A stretch of DNA of 57,384 bases, from positions 1,860,001-1,917,384 of the forward strand of contig NW_027117346.1 of assembly GCF_038025025.1 (NCBI RefSeq). Reading direction: 5' to 3'. The DNA is from Phyllosticta citribraziliensis. Taxonomy: Eukaryota. This document shows positions 26,179 to 38,500 of the stretch, piece by piece; the first letter of the stretch is position 1, and every line of letters starts with the position of its first letter. A program made the position numbers and the translations under genes. The notes beneath the pieces were generated by a model. It searched no databases, was not told where the DNA came from, and saw only the letters and a list, made by a program, of their open reading frames with translations.

Positions 26179-27687
26179 TCATCTGCGTTTTGATGGCAAG
26201 TTGCGCTGCTTTGGGAAATCGAGGGGTATCTTGAGCTTCGCGATTTTGTGATTTGTCGCCTCTGCCTTCGAGTACTTCTTTCCACGCTCCTTGTCGGTGG
26301 GGTTGTTGACTTTGCAGCCAATCTCGTGGAAGTACTGGGCAATTCTGCCAATGCGTTAGTCAGTCCGTGCAACCTTTCATAATGTGTTGGACGTGCTTAC
26401 TGTTTGTTGTCTAATTTGAGGTCTTCTCTCAGCTCGAATGTATCGACCTCGTAGTCGTCCACTATCAAAGCCATTGCGGCAACGTGCGTGATGAGGTAAT
26501 CCACGTGCCATTTCGTCAGTTCACTACGGTGTGATCAGCACGCGAACAAGTCAAAACAACATCCTCTTGTGCGAGCACTTACTTGCCGTTCGCAAACTTG
26601 CGCCTCACGCTGTCGAGAAGAGCTCCGCTGGCTCCCGTCTTCTTCTCCAAGTCCTCTCTGGGAGGAATTCTCTTTGATCCACTCCGTGACGGCTTGAGGG
26701 CATCCAGAAAATCGACGAGAAGCAAGATGTACTTCAAAATCTTCAGCTTCTTCAGTCCCTTCTTCTGCAATGCAAAGTTTGGAATTCGACTCGCTACGAA
26801 ACGACTGTGCACTTGAACGGCTTCGCCATTTTGCATGGCGTCGATCCAAGGTTGAGCATCCACCAGGCGTAGGGTGTCGGTGCCTATGAGAGACTCGGGA
26901 GTGTAGACCTCGGCCGGGTTGGTGGCGTCCAGATTGGCCTGGGGCCGGGGTTTCCCTTCATCCACAGCGGCCTGGAGCGACTCTTTGGTGGGCAGGTCTG
27001 AAGTGGCATCGGAGACTGATTGAAGAACTGCTGCAGCCACCGAGTCTCCTGAAGCACCAGAGCCGGGAGCGATGGCGTTTTCCGTGATTGAGGCAAGTGC
27101 TTTCTTGGCCTTTTTGGTGCCAAACTCTCTTCCAAGCTCCTGGCGTAGGTTGAAATTGGTCTGTCTTTGCTTTTCGGCGGCCTCTTGGCGCTGTGTCCTG
27201 ATCTCCTCTGCCTCGCTCCTCAGCGTGCTTCTCAATACAAGCCTGTGCGCTTCCATCATCTCTAGCTCCCCGGTGTCTGGATCGTAGATGCCGACGTAGT
27301 GTGCAAGGAAGTTGTCGGCAGAGCCATCCTGCTCTTCGGTTGCAGTAAAGTTGAGTTTGGCGTGATCAGAGGTCTCCAGCAGCAGTCCGTATGGTGTTGT
27401 GGCGTGCTTGTCGCTCGTGTCCTTCTTGTAGGGGTTGAATGCGATGCTGGAGGGCAGAGACACGCCGGGAGTCGCAACTGTTGGATTGACGAGGCCGGTC
27501 AGTTCCAGTGCTCGTCGGGGTGGAGGAGTGAATGCTACGAACCGACGACAGGACCAAGCTCGGCGTCGTCTTCCAAGAAGGAGACTTTGACGGACGTGGC
27601 AGGCGCATCGAGTGCGACCTTTTTGGCCGGGCGGTCGGTCCGCTGGGCATGGCGCTTGCGCTTCTTCTCGGTATGGTGGTCGGCCAT
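26179..27687 (-). CDS. RPA49: RNA polymerase I subunit A49
   Basis: MADHHTEKKRKR NLS; HYVGIYDP; RQELGREFGTKKAKKALASITENAI; PRPQANLDATNPAEVY; C-terminal tandem winged helix ELREDLKLDNKQIAQYFHEIGCKV...IAKLKIPLDFP. Three introns; TGA at 26181-26179. Confidence 0.93.
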
Positions 27688-28093
27688 GGTGTGTACAACA
27701 AGGAATGGTGTCGTTTGTTGTTCGTTGGTCGCTGGTTGCAACTTTTTTGCTCGCGTATCGATAAAGGGTCCCGAATCGTCCCGTCTGGTGCTGGTGCCGG
27801 CGTTCGGGCAGGGTTCCAGCTGTGCTCCAAGTGACGTACTAGGAGGATCATGCGCATCGCAGGCACGCGCGGCTGGACCAACTGCCAACTGAAGCTGATT
27901 CGAACCGGAACAGCCAGACTGAGGTCAGTGGTGTCGTGTCCACCAGCCAAAGTACGACATGTCGCGACTTCCCGGTTTTCCTGTCTCGTTTGCATCATGC
28001 CATCAACGCCTCTAAAGCCCGTCCAGCCTGCGTACGCTTCAAGTTCCCATACTACCTCCAATCTGTCCGTCTTCCTGGCCTACAACCGTCGCC

Positions 28094-28947
28094 ATGGCCG
28101 CGATTCTTGACACCGTTTCCAATGCCGCCTCCACGTTCAAATCAAAGTCCATGGGCGTCATCGATGGCTTGTTTCCACCCGCCAAGCGCGCCGAGGTCCT
28201 CTCCAAGTTGCAAACTTGGGCGGCAGCCAATCCAAAACTCGCTGTAAGATGCCTATCCGACTCTCCGACTCGAAATCTGGGCTGACTGAGTAGGGCTTCC
28301 TGTTGGCACAACTTGCACTGTCGGGATTTCCACTGATAATGTTTGGCGTCTTCACCGTCACCGTCTTCGTCTTCTCTCTGATCGTCGCACTGCTTGTCGG
28401 CGTCCTGGTGGCTCTTCTATTTACAGCCTTCATGGTCGGGGTTGCTTTGCTCGTTGTGCTCCCCACCACCTTCATCACCACCTTGGGAGCAAGCTTCGTC
28501 TTCCTCTGGGGCCTTGGTGGCTATTACCTTGTCAAGTGGTTCAACCAAAGCGACGGGCCGGCCCCTGACGGCTCGGCCATCGGCGACAAACTGAACAACT
28601 TGACCGGTGGCCGCATGAGTTTCTTGATGGACGGCATGAGAGGGCAAGGCTCCAACGGTAGTCGCAACGACTCCGGCGATAAAGACTCCAAAGACGAGGA
28701 CTCCAAAGGCAAGGATGGAGAGGTCTTTCCTCGAGCAGATGATGGCGATGATCAGAAGGGGAAAAATGCACACAGCTCTGCTCGCTCATCGGCGTCTACT
28801 GGGCCAAGAAAGCTCAATCGCGAGCATGTTAAAAATGGTGTAACCAGGGCGGCTGACACGGAGGATATCAAGCAGAAGGCGGGGAGCGCGACTAATACCG
28901 TGTCAAGCGTAAAAGGTGTTGCTGGTGGGGCTACTAGTCTTACTTAA
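28094..28947 (+). CDS. Promethin/LDAF1 (TMEM159)-like lipid-droplet assembly membrane protein
   Basis: Exon 1 (MAAILD...FPPAKRAEVLSKLQTWAAANPKLA) splices to GFLLAQLALSGFPLIMFGVF... followed by a ~70-residue hydrophobic multi-hairpin stretch ending LWGLGGYYLVKWF and a hydrophilic tail. Family assignment is from recall of fungal promethin proteins. Confidence 0.8.
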
Positions 28948-29009
28948 ATTTCTATTAAAACTATTTTCTCCTTACTTAATTATCTTCTTTACCTATATAT
29001 TACTTAAAG

Positions 29010-29208
29010 TGTTGTGCGACGCGGCGCGCGCAGCTTGTATTTCATAGTATCTAGTACTTAGTATTTACTTCTTCTATATATGCTAGCTATTTCTAGTTAG
29101 CTTAAGAGTAGATAGTTATTCTATATAGGCTATATAATAACTACTCTTACTCCTTATCTATTAATTATTAGTAGTCTATATTAATTTACTCTACTAGATA
29201 CTATAATA
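29010..29208 (+). repeat. 5' LTR of Gypsy-A
   Basis: Starts TGTTG. Same length as, and colinear with, 34831-35029; the differences are almost all transitions. Confidence 0.92.
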
Positions 29209-32200
29209 CTATTAATAGGTCTCTTACTATTTATAAGAGGATAAGACTTATTATCTATCCCTTTCTAATAAGTTTTCTTACTTTAATTATACCCTATAAG
29301 GTATTAGGTTAAAATACTATAGTTTTAGATATACTAGAAGTACTAGGTTTTATTATTTTTATAGTCTATAGCCTTAGATAAGGTATATAAGTAAGATTCT
29401 AGACTAAGGTAGTCCTATTAATAATAGAGATATAATATCTTATTATATTATATAGTTAATAATCTATATAATAGCTAAAAGTAGCTAGTCTATTAATAGT
29501 ATAGTACTATTAGCTACTCTTTAAATAATACTAATAGCTAGCTAGTAGTTCTTAACTACTAGCCTATTATCTAGCTAATCTATTACCCCTTAGGGTATTA
29601 ATAATAATAAACTACCTACTATTATTATACTAATAACTCAGTAGCTCTAGGAGTAGGTCCTAGGGCTTATATAGGTAATTTATAATAGGGGTAATATATA
29701 AGGCTATAAGGTCTAATACTAATTTACTAATCCTAAGTATTAGTCTAGTAATAGTATACTAGATAACTACTATATATAGTATAGTAGTATTAAGGATAAG
29801 CTACTCTTTAATAGTAGCTAGTATCTAGATAATATAGCTAAGGCTATATATATTTACTCTTATCTAGCTAGTAAGGCTACTTTAGCTACTATTATTATTA
29901 TTAATAATAATAATAGTAAAGATAGTTCTAATAACCCTAATACTATCTAGACCTTATTAAATAGCCTATATAGTATTATAGACTAGTAAAGCTATACTAT
30001 TACTTAGCTTACTATTATAGACTATATTACTAGTACTAGGGTAGTTTTTAAGATATTATTATATATATTCTATATATTAGCTTAATATACTAGCTAGGAT
30101 AGTTATATAGCTAAGGATTAGCTAATCTATAAGCTATATAAGCCTTTCTATAATATTATTATTACTAATATTATAAAGGGCTATACTGAGCTATTATATA
30201 TCTTAGGCTAGGCTACTAATATTAGCTAGGCTAAGCTATTACTAACCCTATAGATAGTAAACTATTATAAGGGTACCCTCTATATAGCTATACTAGCTAG
30301 GCCTTCTTATTAGGCTACTTCTACTATTAAGGGTACTATTAGTAGTATTAAATAGGAGTATATAGCTATACTAGAGGATTATAGCTATTAGTATTATAGT
30401 AGTCTAGGGTACTAGATTAAGGACTACCCCTATAGTAAGCCTATATATTAGTAGCTAATTTATACCTATATAGCTACTAGTATAGAGGAGTTTACTAATA
30501 AGTTTATAGATATAGTTAAGGACCTAGATATTATTATTATTAGTAATAGTAATATTATAGATTTAGATAAAATATTAGGAAATAAGTAGCCTCCTATAAA
30601 ACTACCCTAAGAGGTAATACCTATAAGATAGCTATTAGTAATTTAATATAATTAGGGAATAGAGTTTCTAGTCCTTCTTACTACTTTTATACTATATATA
30701 TCTATATATATCCTAATATACTACTATAGCCTATTTATATCCTTATTAACTCTAGCTATACTAGTAGCCTATATATAAGCTAGTCCCTTAAGTATAAACT
30801 TATTACTACTAGTACTTAGAAGTAATAGTTATATAAGCCCTAGATAATTAGTAACTATATATATAGCTAGACCTAATAGCTTACCTATAAGCTTATTACT
30901 AGATTATTATTTAGCTTAGAATATAGGGAGGATTCTATACTTTTTAATTTATAGGCTTCTATAATAATTACCTAGATTAGTCTATTATATAATTTATTTA
31001 TTAGCTTAGAGTATATATACTAGTTTAGTTTTATACTAAATCTAGGCTATATATAGTTAAAGATTAGTAGAGTAAAGTTAGGTAGATTATATTAGTATAG
31101 TACTAATTTAAGAGATAATTTTCTAGCTAAATCCTAAGATATTTTAATTCTACCTTAGGTAGCCTCTAAGCTAATTAAACCCTTACTACCTATTTAAATA
31201 TTATCTTAGGTATTATAGTCTAGTATAGTCTATCTATATATATCTATAGCTAGCCTACTACTACCTATAACTATAACTATAACTCTCTCCTAAACTAGTA
31301 GCTAGTTATCTAATAACTACTCCTTACTACTATTACTATCTATAAATAATACTACCTTATCCCTACTATAGCCTACTACTATAACTCCTATTAAGATCTT
31401 ATACTATAGTAAACCTCTCTATAATAATTTACTAATCTCTCCTATATAAGTTAGTACTAAGTAAGTTAGCTAGCTATACTAGTTAATATATTATAGGGTA
31501 GGCCTACTAAGAGAGCTCTCTTAATTATAGTACTACTACTAAGTACCTAAGGATATCTCTATTATTAAGGAGACTATAAGTTAGCTTAATAAATAGAGTT
31601 ATTCCTAGGTAAGCTTATTAGTAGATATTATACTAATTATAGCTTTTAATATAGTCCTACTCTAATAATAGCTTAATACTAAAGCTTATTCTATCTATAC
31701 CTTTACTCCTATTAATAATTTAGAATATACTAAACTTTATTTATTAGAGCCTATCTTATAAGCCTTTAGTATTAGTAGTAATAAACCTTACCTCTATTAT
31801 ACTATCCCTTATAAGTATTATAACCTCTTAGATATATTTTATAATACTAACCTACTCCCTTAAGCCTATCTATAGACTAACTTCTATATAGAACTAAAGA
31901 ATAGTACTAAACCTAAAGACCTTAGCTATATACTATTATAGTATACTAATAATATCTAGTTAGCTAAGATTAAGTAGTATATATAAAAGGGTATTAATCT
32001 TAGTATATTAGAGCCTAGTAAGGTAGGTATAGCCTTACCTATTTTACTTATAGCTAAGCCTAATAGTAGTATTTATTTCTATATTAATTATTATAAGCTT
32101 AATAAACTTATAAAGAAGGACTACTATCCCCTCCTATTACTAGATAAGATAATTAGCTAGATAAGAGGTACTAAGTATATTATTAAGCTTAATATTAAGT

Positions 32201-34821
32201 AGGCCTTCTACTAAATCTATATTATAGACTTGTAGACTAAGGACCTACTTATATTCTAGACCTACTATAGTACCTATAAGTACTTAGTTATACCTTTTAG
32301 TATAGCTAATAGCCCTAGTACCTAGTAATAGTTAATTAATAAGTACCTATTCTACTATCTTAGTAAGTATACTATTATATATCTTAATAATATCCTTATT
32401 TATAGCTAAATACTTATAGATTACTAATAATATATTAAGGAGGTCCTTACTTAGCTATATAAGTATAGTTTATAAGTTAATATTAATAAGTATAAGTTCT
32501 ATATCTAGGAAACCTAGTTTTTAGGTATTATTATATCTTAGGAGTAGCTTATAATAGTAAAATAGATCTAGTCCTTTCTTAGTACTACTAATTTCTACTA
32601 GTAATTTATTAAGGACTATAGTAAGACTACTAGGCTACTAATATAACTAATATATAAGGGTACTAATTAGTAGTAGACTAATATTAAATAATAGTTATTT
32701 AATAGTCTTAAATATACCCTTATAATAGTACTAGTCCTTACCTACTTTAACCTAGCTTATAAGATAGTTATAGAAATAGACTTATCTAATTAGATTAATA
32801 GTAGCCTTCTCTCCTAGTATAATAATAAATAATATCTTTATCCTATTATATACTACTCTAAGACTATAGTACTAGCTAAGCTTAACTATACTATCTATAA
32901 TAAGGAGCTCTTAGCTATTATTTATACCTTAGAATTATAGGAGCCTAATCTTAAGGCCTATTAGATACTATTTATAGTATTTATAGATTACTAAATACTA
33001 TAGTACTTTACTATAACTAAGTAGCTAACTTATTATTAAGCCTACTAGGCTAAACTCCTCTTAGAATATAACTTTAAGATTATATATTACCTTAGCTATA
33101 CTAATATTAAGGCTAATATACTTACTTATTATCCTTAGGATACCCCTACTACTAATAACCCCTAGTAGTAAATATAATACTAAACCTTACTCCTAGCTAG
33201 TAAACTCTTAGCTAGAATATATAAGGATTAGAAGGTAGCCCCTATTAATAATAATAATAATAATATATTTATACTCTAGTAATTACTTATAGCTAATACT
33301 ATAGATAATACTAAAATAAATAACTAAAGATATTATACTAGTAAGCTAGACTTACCTTTTACTATTAATAGGTAGTAGAATATCTTTATAAATAGCTACC
33401 TTATTATATCTACTAAGCTCTAGCTACTCCTTATCTATTATATCTATAAGTAGCTACTTACTAGCTACCCTAGCTAAACTTAGCTATATAACCTCCTAGT
33501 ACCTTAATTTTAGTTTCCTTACCTTATCTTACTTATATCCTAAGTTATAGATAACTATCTAAACTATATTTATATTTATAAAGCTTATCTAGCTATTTTA
33601 GGCTAGCTATAGCTACTACCTATTTTATTATAGCTATAATAGTATATTACTATAGACTTTATTAGCCTACTACTATATAGTAAGGGTATAGATACTATCC
33701 TAATTATCTATAATTAGTTTAGTAAAGTATAATACTTTATTACTATAGATATAGTAAATAATAGGACTATAGCTAAGGCTATAGCTTATATATTTATAGA
33801 CTATATCTTTACTATATATAGTTTCCCTCTCTCTATTATCTTAGACTATAGTAACTAGTTTATCTCTTACCTATAGGAAGGCCTTACTTATATTATTAGT
33901 ATTAGCCTAAAGCTATCTACTAGCTATTATCCTTAAACTAATAACTAGACTAAATAAGCTAATTAGGACCTTAAGAACTACTTAAGATAGTTTATTAGGT
34001 TCTATTAAAATAATTAGTAACTACTACTATCTATTATCTAGTTTATAGCTAATAGTATACTATATAAGAGCCTTAATAGCTACTCCCCTTTTTATATTTA
34101 TTATAGCTATAAGCTATAATTTAATTTTAATACTAAAGCTACTATTTATAGTATCTATAGACTAATTATAGATATCTATTCTATATAACTATAAACTATA
34201 TAAGCTATTACCTATACTATATAATAAGTATAGGATAAGACTAAGTATAGTCTTATAGTTATATAATAGTAAATAGCTATTTAAGCTAACTACTAGTATT
34301 AGGATCATATTATTAAACTAGGTAAAAATATATATATCTATATAGACTATATATATATACTCTATAGCTATCCTACTATACTTAATTTTTATAATAATAG
34401 TCTATATTAAGTTACTAATATATATAGTAACTAGGCTATACTATAACTACCTACTAGTTTATATACCTATAATAAATTTAATATCTTATATCTTATTATT
34501 ACTAGTAATAACCTATTACCTAGCTAATAACTAGCTAATGGCCTAGCCTTATAAGATAATAATAATAAGAATGAGGATACTAATTAGGAAGTAGAGAAGA
34601 TTATAGGCTATTAAATACTAGCTAATAGGAGGCTCTAGTTTAGGGTAAACTAGACTAACTATCTACTAGACTAAGTATTTTATAATACTAATAATAGTAA
34701 GTTTAATAATACTTATAATATTATCTTATACTATTATAAAAGGTACCTAAACCTTTACCTACTAGCTAGTTAGACTAGTAACTAAGTAATAAGGATATTA
34801 CTTACTAGGAGGGGGGGGTAG

Positions 34822-35094
34822 TATTATAAGTATTATATATTATAGTATATATAGCTTATATTTCTTAGTATCTAGTATTTAGTATTTACTTCTTCTATAT
34901 ATACTAGCCACTTCTAGTTAGCTTAAGAGTAGATAGTTATTCTATATAGGCTATATAATAACTACTCTTACTCCTTACCTATTGATTATTAGTAGTCTAT
35001 ATTGATTTACTCTACTAGGCGCTGTGACACTCTTACTCCTTACCTATTAATTATTAGTAGTCTATATCGATTCGCTCTGCTAGGCGCTGTAATA
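34822..35094 (+). repeat. 3' LTR of Gypsy-A with a 65-bp terminal tandem duplication
   Basis: Follows the PPT. The core LTR ends ...GCTGTGACA at 35029, and 35030-35094 repeats 34965-35029. Confidence 0.9.
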
Positions 35095-35584
35095 TAAAGG
35101 TATTAAGATATTTATTATAAGCTAATATATTACCTACTTAGTAGACTAGAACTATTATAAAGTAGTAAATTAGTACTAAGTAAGGCAAGTTAATTAGCTA
35201 ATAGTTAATAATTAAAAGGTAGAGTAGTAGGGAGGTTATAGAGCTATAGCTAACTTAGCCTTATAGCTTACTTAGGTCTATCTAACTACTACTCTATCTA
35301 TAATAATTTATCTTACTACCCCTCTCCTCTCTAGGTCCTAAATCTAAGGACTAGCTATTAGATAGGTATAGTCCCTTTTTATTATTTATCTAATACTAAT
35401 CTAGAACTATCTCTACTACTCTATTAAATAAGCTATTATTAGTATCCTACTATATTATATTAGGTATATATATAATTAACCCCTAAATTTCTTACTAAGA
35501 CTAGTCCTATTTAAAAGAGTATAGTTAATATACCTAAGGCTCTAACTTATAGCTCCTAGACTATATATACTATTATATAGGAAG

Positions 35585-38500
35585 GGGTAGAAAGTTATAA
35601 GAAAAGGGGTATAACTTTATACCCCCTATATCTCTCTAAAATCTTCTCTAATTAGGATAAAAAGTATACTAATTAAAAGCCTATACCTAGTTCTATTATA
35701 CCTAATACTTATATTACTAAAATATCTTAGAAAATAAGGCTAGGAGGTAGATTTTAAATTTTTATACTTCCCCTAGCCTTTAGTAAATATTATAGCTAGG
35801 AGTTATACCTTACTTTAGAGCTATACCTAGCTTTAACCTTAGGTTATATAACCTTTATAAGACTAGGCTAGATTAGGATAATAAGGATATTATTTTAATT
35901 ATCTAGGTAAGATAATTCTAGTAGTATCCTTAGAATATTTTTATTCTATTATCTACCCCCTAAAAAAACCCCTAAAAATAAAAAATACTAAAAAACTACC
36001 TAAATTTACCTACTTTACTAGTTCTCTAAGTAACTAGCTCTTACTAAGTAATAGTAGAGTTTATTTATAGCTTAGTTTATATAAAATAAAAGCTTATAAT
36101 TTTCATTTTTGTTATTTCTCTACTAGTCTATTTAATTTTTATAGAAAGAGTATAGAAAATACCCCCTTACCCCCTTCTAGGTACCTAGGGGGACTCTCTA
36201 ACCCTAGGATTAAACTAGATAACCTAGAGATAGTTATTACTATCCCTATTAACTCCTCTAAACTTAAAACTACCCTTAGATTTATCCTAAATTTAATAGA
36301 GACCTTTAATTTTAGCCTTCCTATAGCTAGCTAAAAATAGCCTAGCTAAGAGTAGATTATAGGCTAAATAAATAGGGTTAGGCCTAATACCCTAACCTTT
36401 TATAAGGTAATTAATTTAGCTAGGTCCCTACTTATTATAGCTATAGATATTACCCCTACCTACTTTAACTAATCTAAGATCCTAGATTTTATAGGACTAT
36501 TTAGAGAGCTCCTTAAGACTAGTAGTACTAAGATAGTAAGCTCTATATTATCTAGAAGTACTATAGATATTAAAAGAGTAGTTAAAATACTTAGAAATAA
36601 GGTAAATTCCCTACCTTAGTAAAATATATAAAATATAGTTTTATAGCTAGCTAGTTTTAAACCCTCCTAAGTACCTTCCTAGAATTTAAAAATTTATAAT
36701 AATTTAAAAAGATTTACTATTAATAAGCTAACTACTATACCTAATTAGGTTAGTATAGCCTAATCTGGGAATTTAAAAAATTTAAAAGAATTTACTCTTA
36801 TAACTAAGAAATCTAAGAATATATAAAATATAGCTTTAGATAGGTATAATATAGCTCCTAATATAGGTCTATTAAATTAGGAGATATATAAACTAAAAGA
36901 ATCCCCTAATAGGAGACTAGTACTAGTACTCTAGGTAGTAACTTTTAGACTCCCTACCCCTAGAGAAATAAGGGATAAATTTAATGAAGAGTTTATAGCT
37001 AAGGAATATACTAAACTAGTTATCTCTTTAGTCTCTAAGTCCTATATAAAGAAGTTAATTATATTAACCACTACTAAATAAATTAATACTAATTTCCTAC
37101 AAGCTAATAGAGCTATATAGGAGACTCTCCTACTAATCTAGAAGGCTTCTAAAGATGAATCCTAGTGTAAAGTAGTAGTATATAGTATTCCTATTAAGGA
37201 AATTAACTCTAAAGAAGGCCTACTAATTATCTATAATTAAATTAAGACCTTTAATAGTTTAAATACTATAGGGACTCCCTTTTAGCTCACTTCTAAGATA
37301 AAACAGGAAAATTAACTCTATAGCTTAATAGTAGTCTTATTTACTAATAAAATTAACTTTAAAAAAGCCCTCTCTACCTAGCTAAATATAGCTAGGCTAG
37401 GCCTATATACTAAAAAGCTTATTCTTATACCTAAGTCCTATAGGTAAAAGAACTACTAATAGTTTAGATACCTAGAAAATAGGTATAAAAAGCCTATGAT
37501 TTATAGAGTCTATACTAAGCTAAATGCCACTTCCTAGTACTTCTATAGGACTGGTAGATACCTAAAAGGATAAATCTATAAGTATATAGAACTAAAATAT
37601 ACTAATTATAGGAAAAACTACTAATCTAGCTATAAAAGGTATCCTAGATGCCTAGTAATTAAAAATAGTACTCTATAAGTATAAAGGAATTAAGTAAATT
37701 AATATTAATAAAAGCTACTTAGCTATAGAAAGTGCTTTAGAAATAGCTATTAAATTAAATATTAACCTTATATTTATATAAGAGCCCTATTCAATTAATA
37801 ATAGTAGAGATATACCTAAAAAATACCTTAACTTAAGGTCTATTAGTTACTTATCATATAGTTTAATTCTACTAGTCTATAGAAACCCCCTAATTTACCC
37901 TAGAGTCTTAATTTATAAGAGAAGATCTCTTCCCTTAGAAATTAACCCTAGAGAGGATATAATTAAAGACCCTAACCTCTTAATTATAGATATCATAGGC
38001 CTAAACTCTCTATAATAGGTCTATAATATATATAATTGAAAATGCTAAGAGAATAATTAAGAAATAGTAGATAGGTATCTATATAATACTAATATAGATA
38101 CCATATCTATAATTCTTAGGGACTTTAATTCCTATCAACCCTAGTAGGACCCCTATAACCTAGAATTTTTAAATTCTACTAGGTTAGTAGAATAGATTAA
38201 GTCTAATAATTTATCCCTTATAAATATAATAGGTAAAGGTACTTTCTATAGGCCTAACCTTACTAGAGAATCTATTATAGACTTAGTCTTTACTATAGGG
38301 GATATCCTAGAGAAAATACATAACTAGTAGACTATTATAGATATAGGATCTAACTACTATAATATTTTCTTTACTATCTATAATTCTAACTCTTTATTAG
38401 TAGAGAATCCTACTCACATATAAAGATATAATCTTAAAAAGGTAGATTAGGCTAAGTTTAGCTTATATCTAACTAAATTCTACTAATTTATTATGCCTAG

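Larger units (their letters stand above)
29010..35094 (+). mobile_element. Complete Ty3/Gypsy chromovirus LTR retrotransposon, RIP-inactivated (Gypsy-A)
   Basis: 199-bp LTRs at 29010-29208 and 34831-35029; TSD TAAAG at 29005-29009 and 35095-35099; PPT aggagggggggg at 34807-34818. RT YLNNILIYS (YLDDILIYS) at ~32380; RNase H IYNKELLAI at ~32895; integrase ITIDFI at ~33646; chromodomain-like *EVEKII at ~34585. Confidence 0.93.

Noticed and set aside
25853..26182. ORF whose ATG overlaps the RPA49 stop (ATGATG), suggesting coupled translation
   Set aside because: The product is unrecognisable, and stop-start coupling is not expected for a nuclear fungal gene; likely coincidence.
248..28789. Numerous short antisense and overlapping ORFs in the track
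   Set aside because: They are shadows of real GC-rich exons or of low-complexity intergenic DNA.
1..28947. Functional gene cluster (three kinases plus ER/lipid-droplet proteins)
   Set aside because: These are unrelated conserved housekeeping genes, with no shared pathway or regulatory signature visible.
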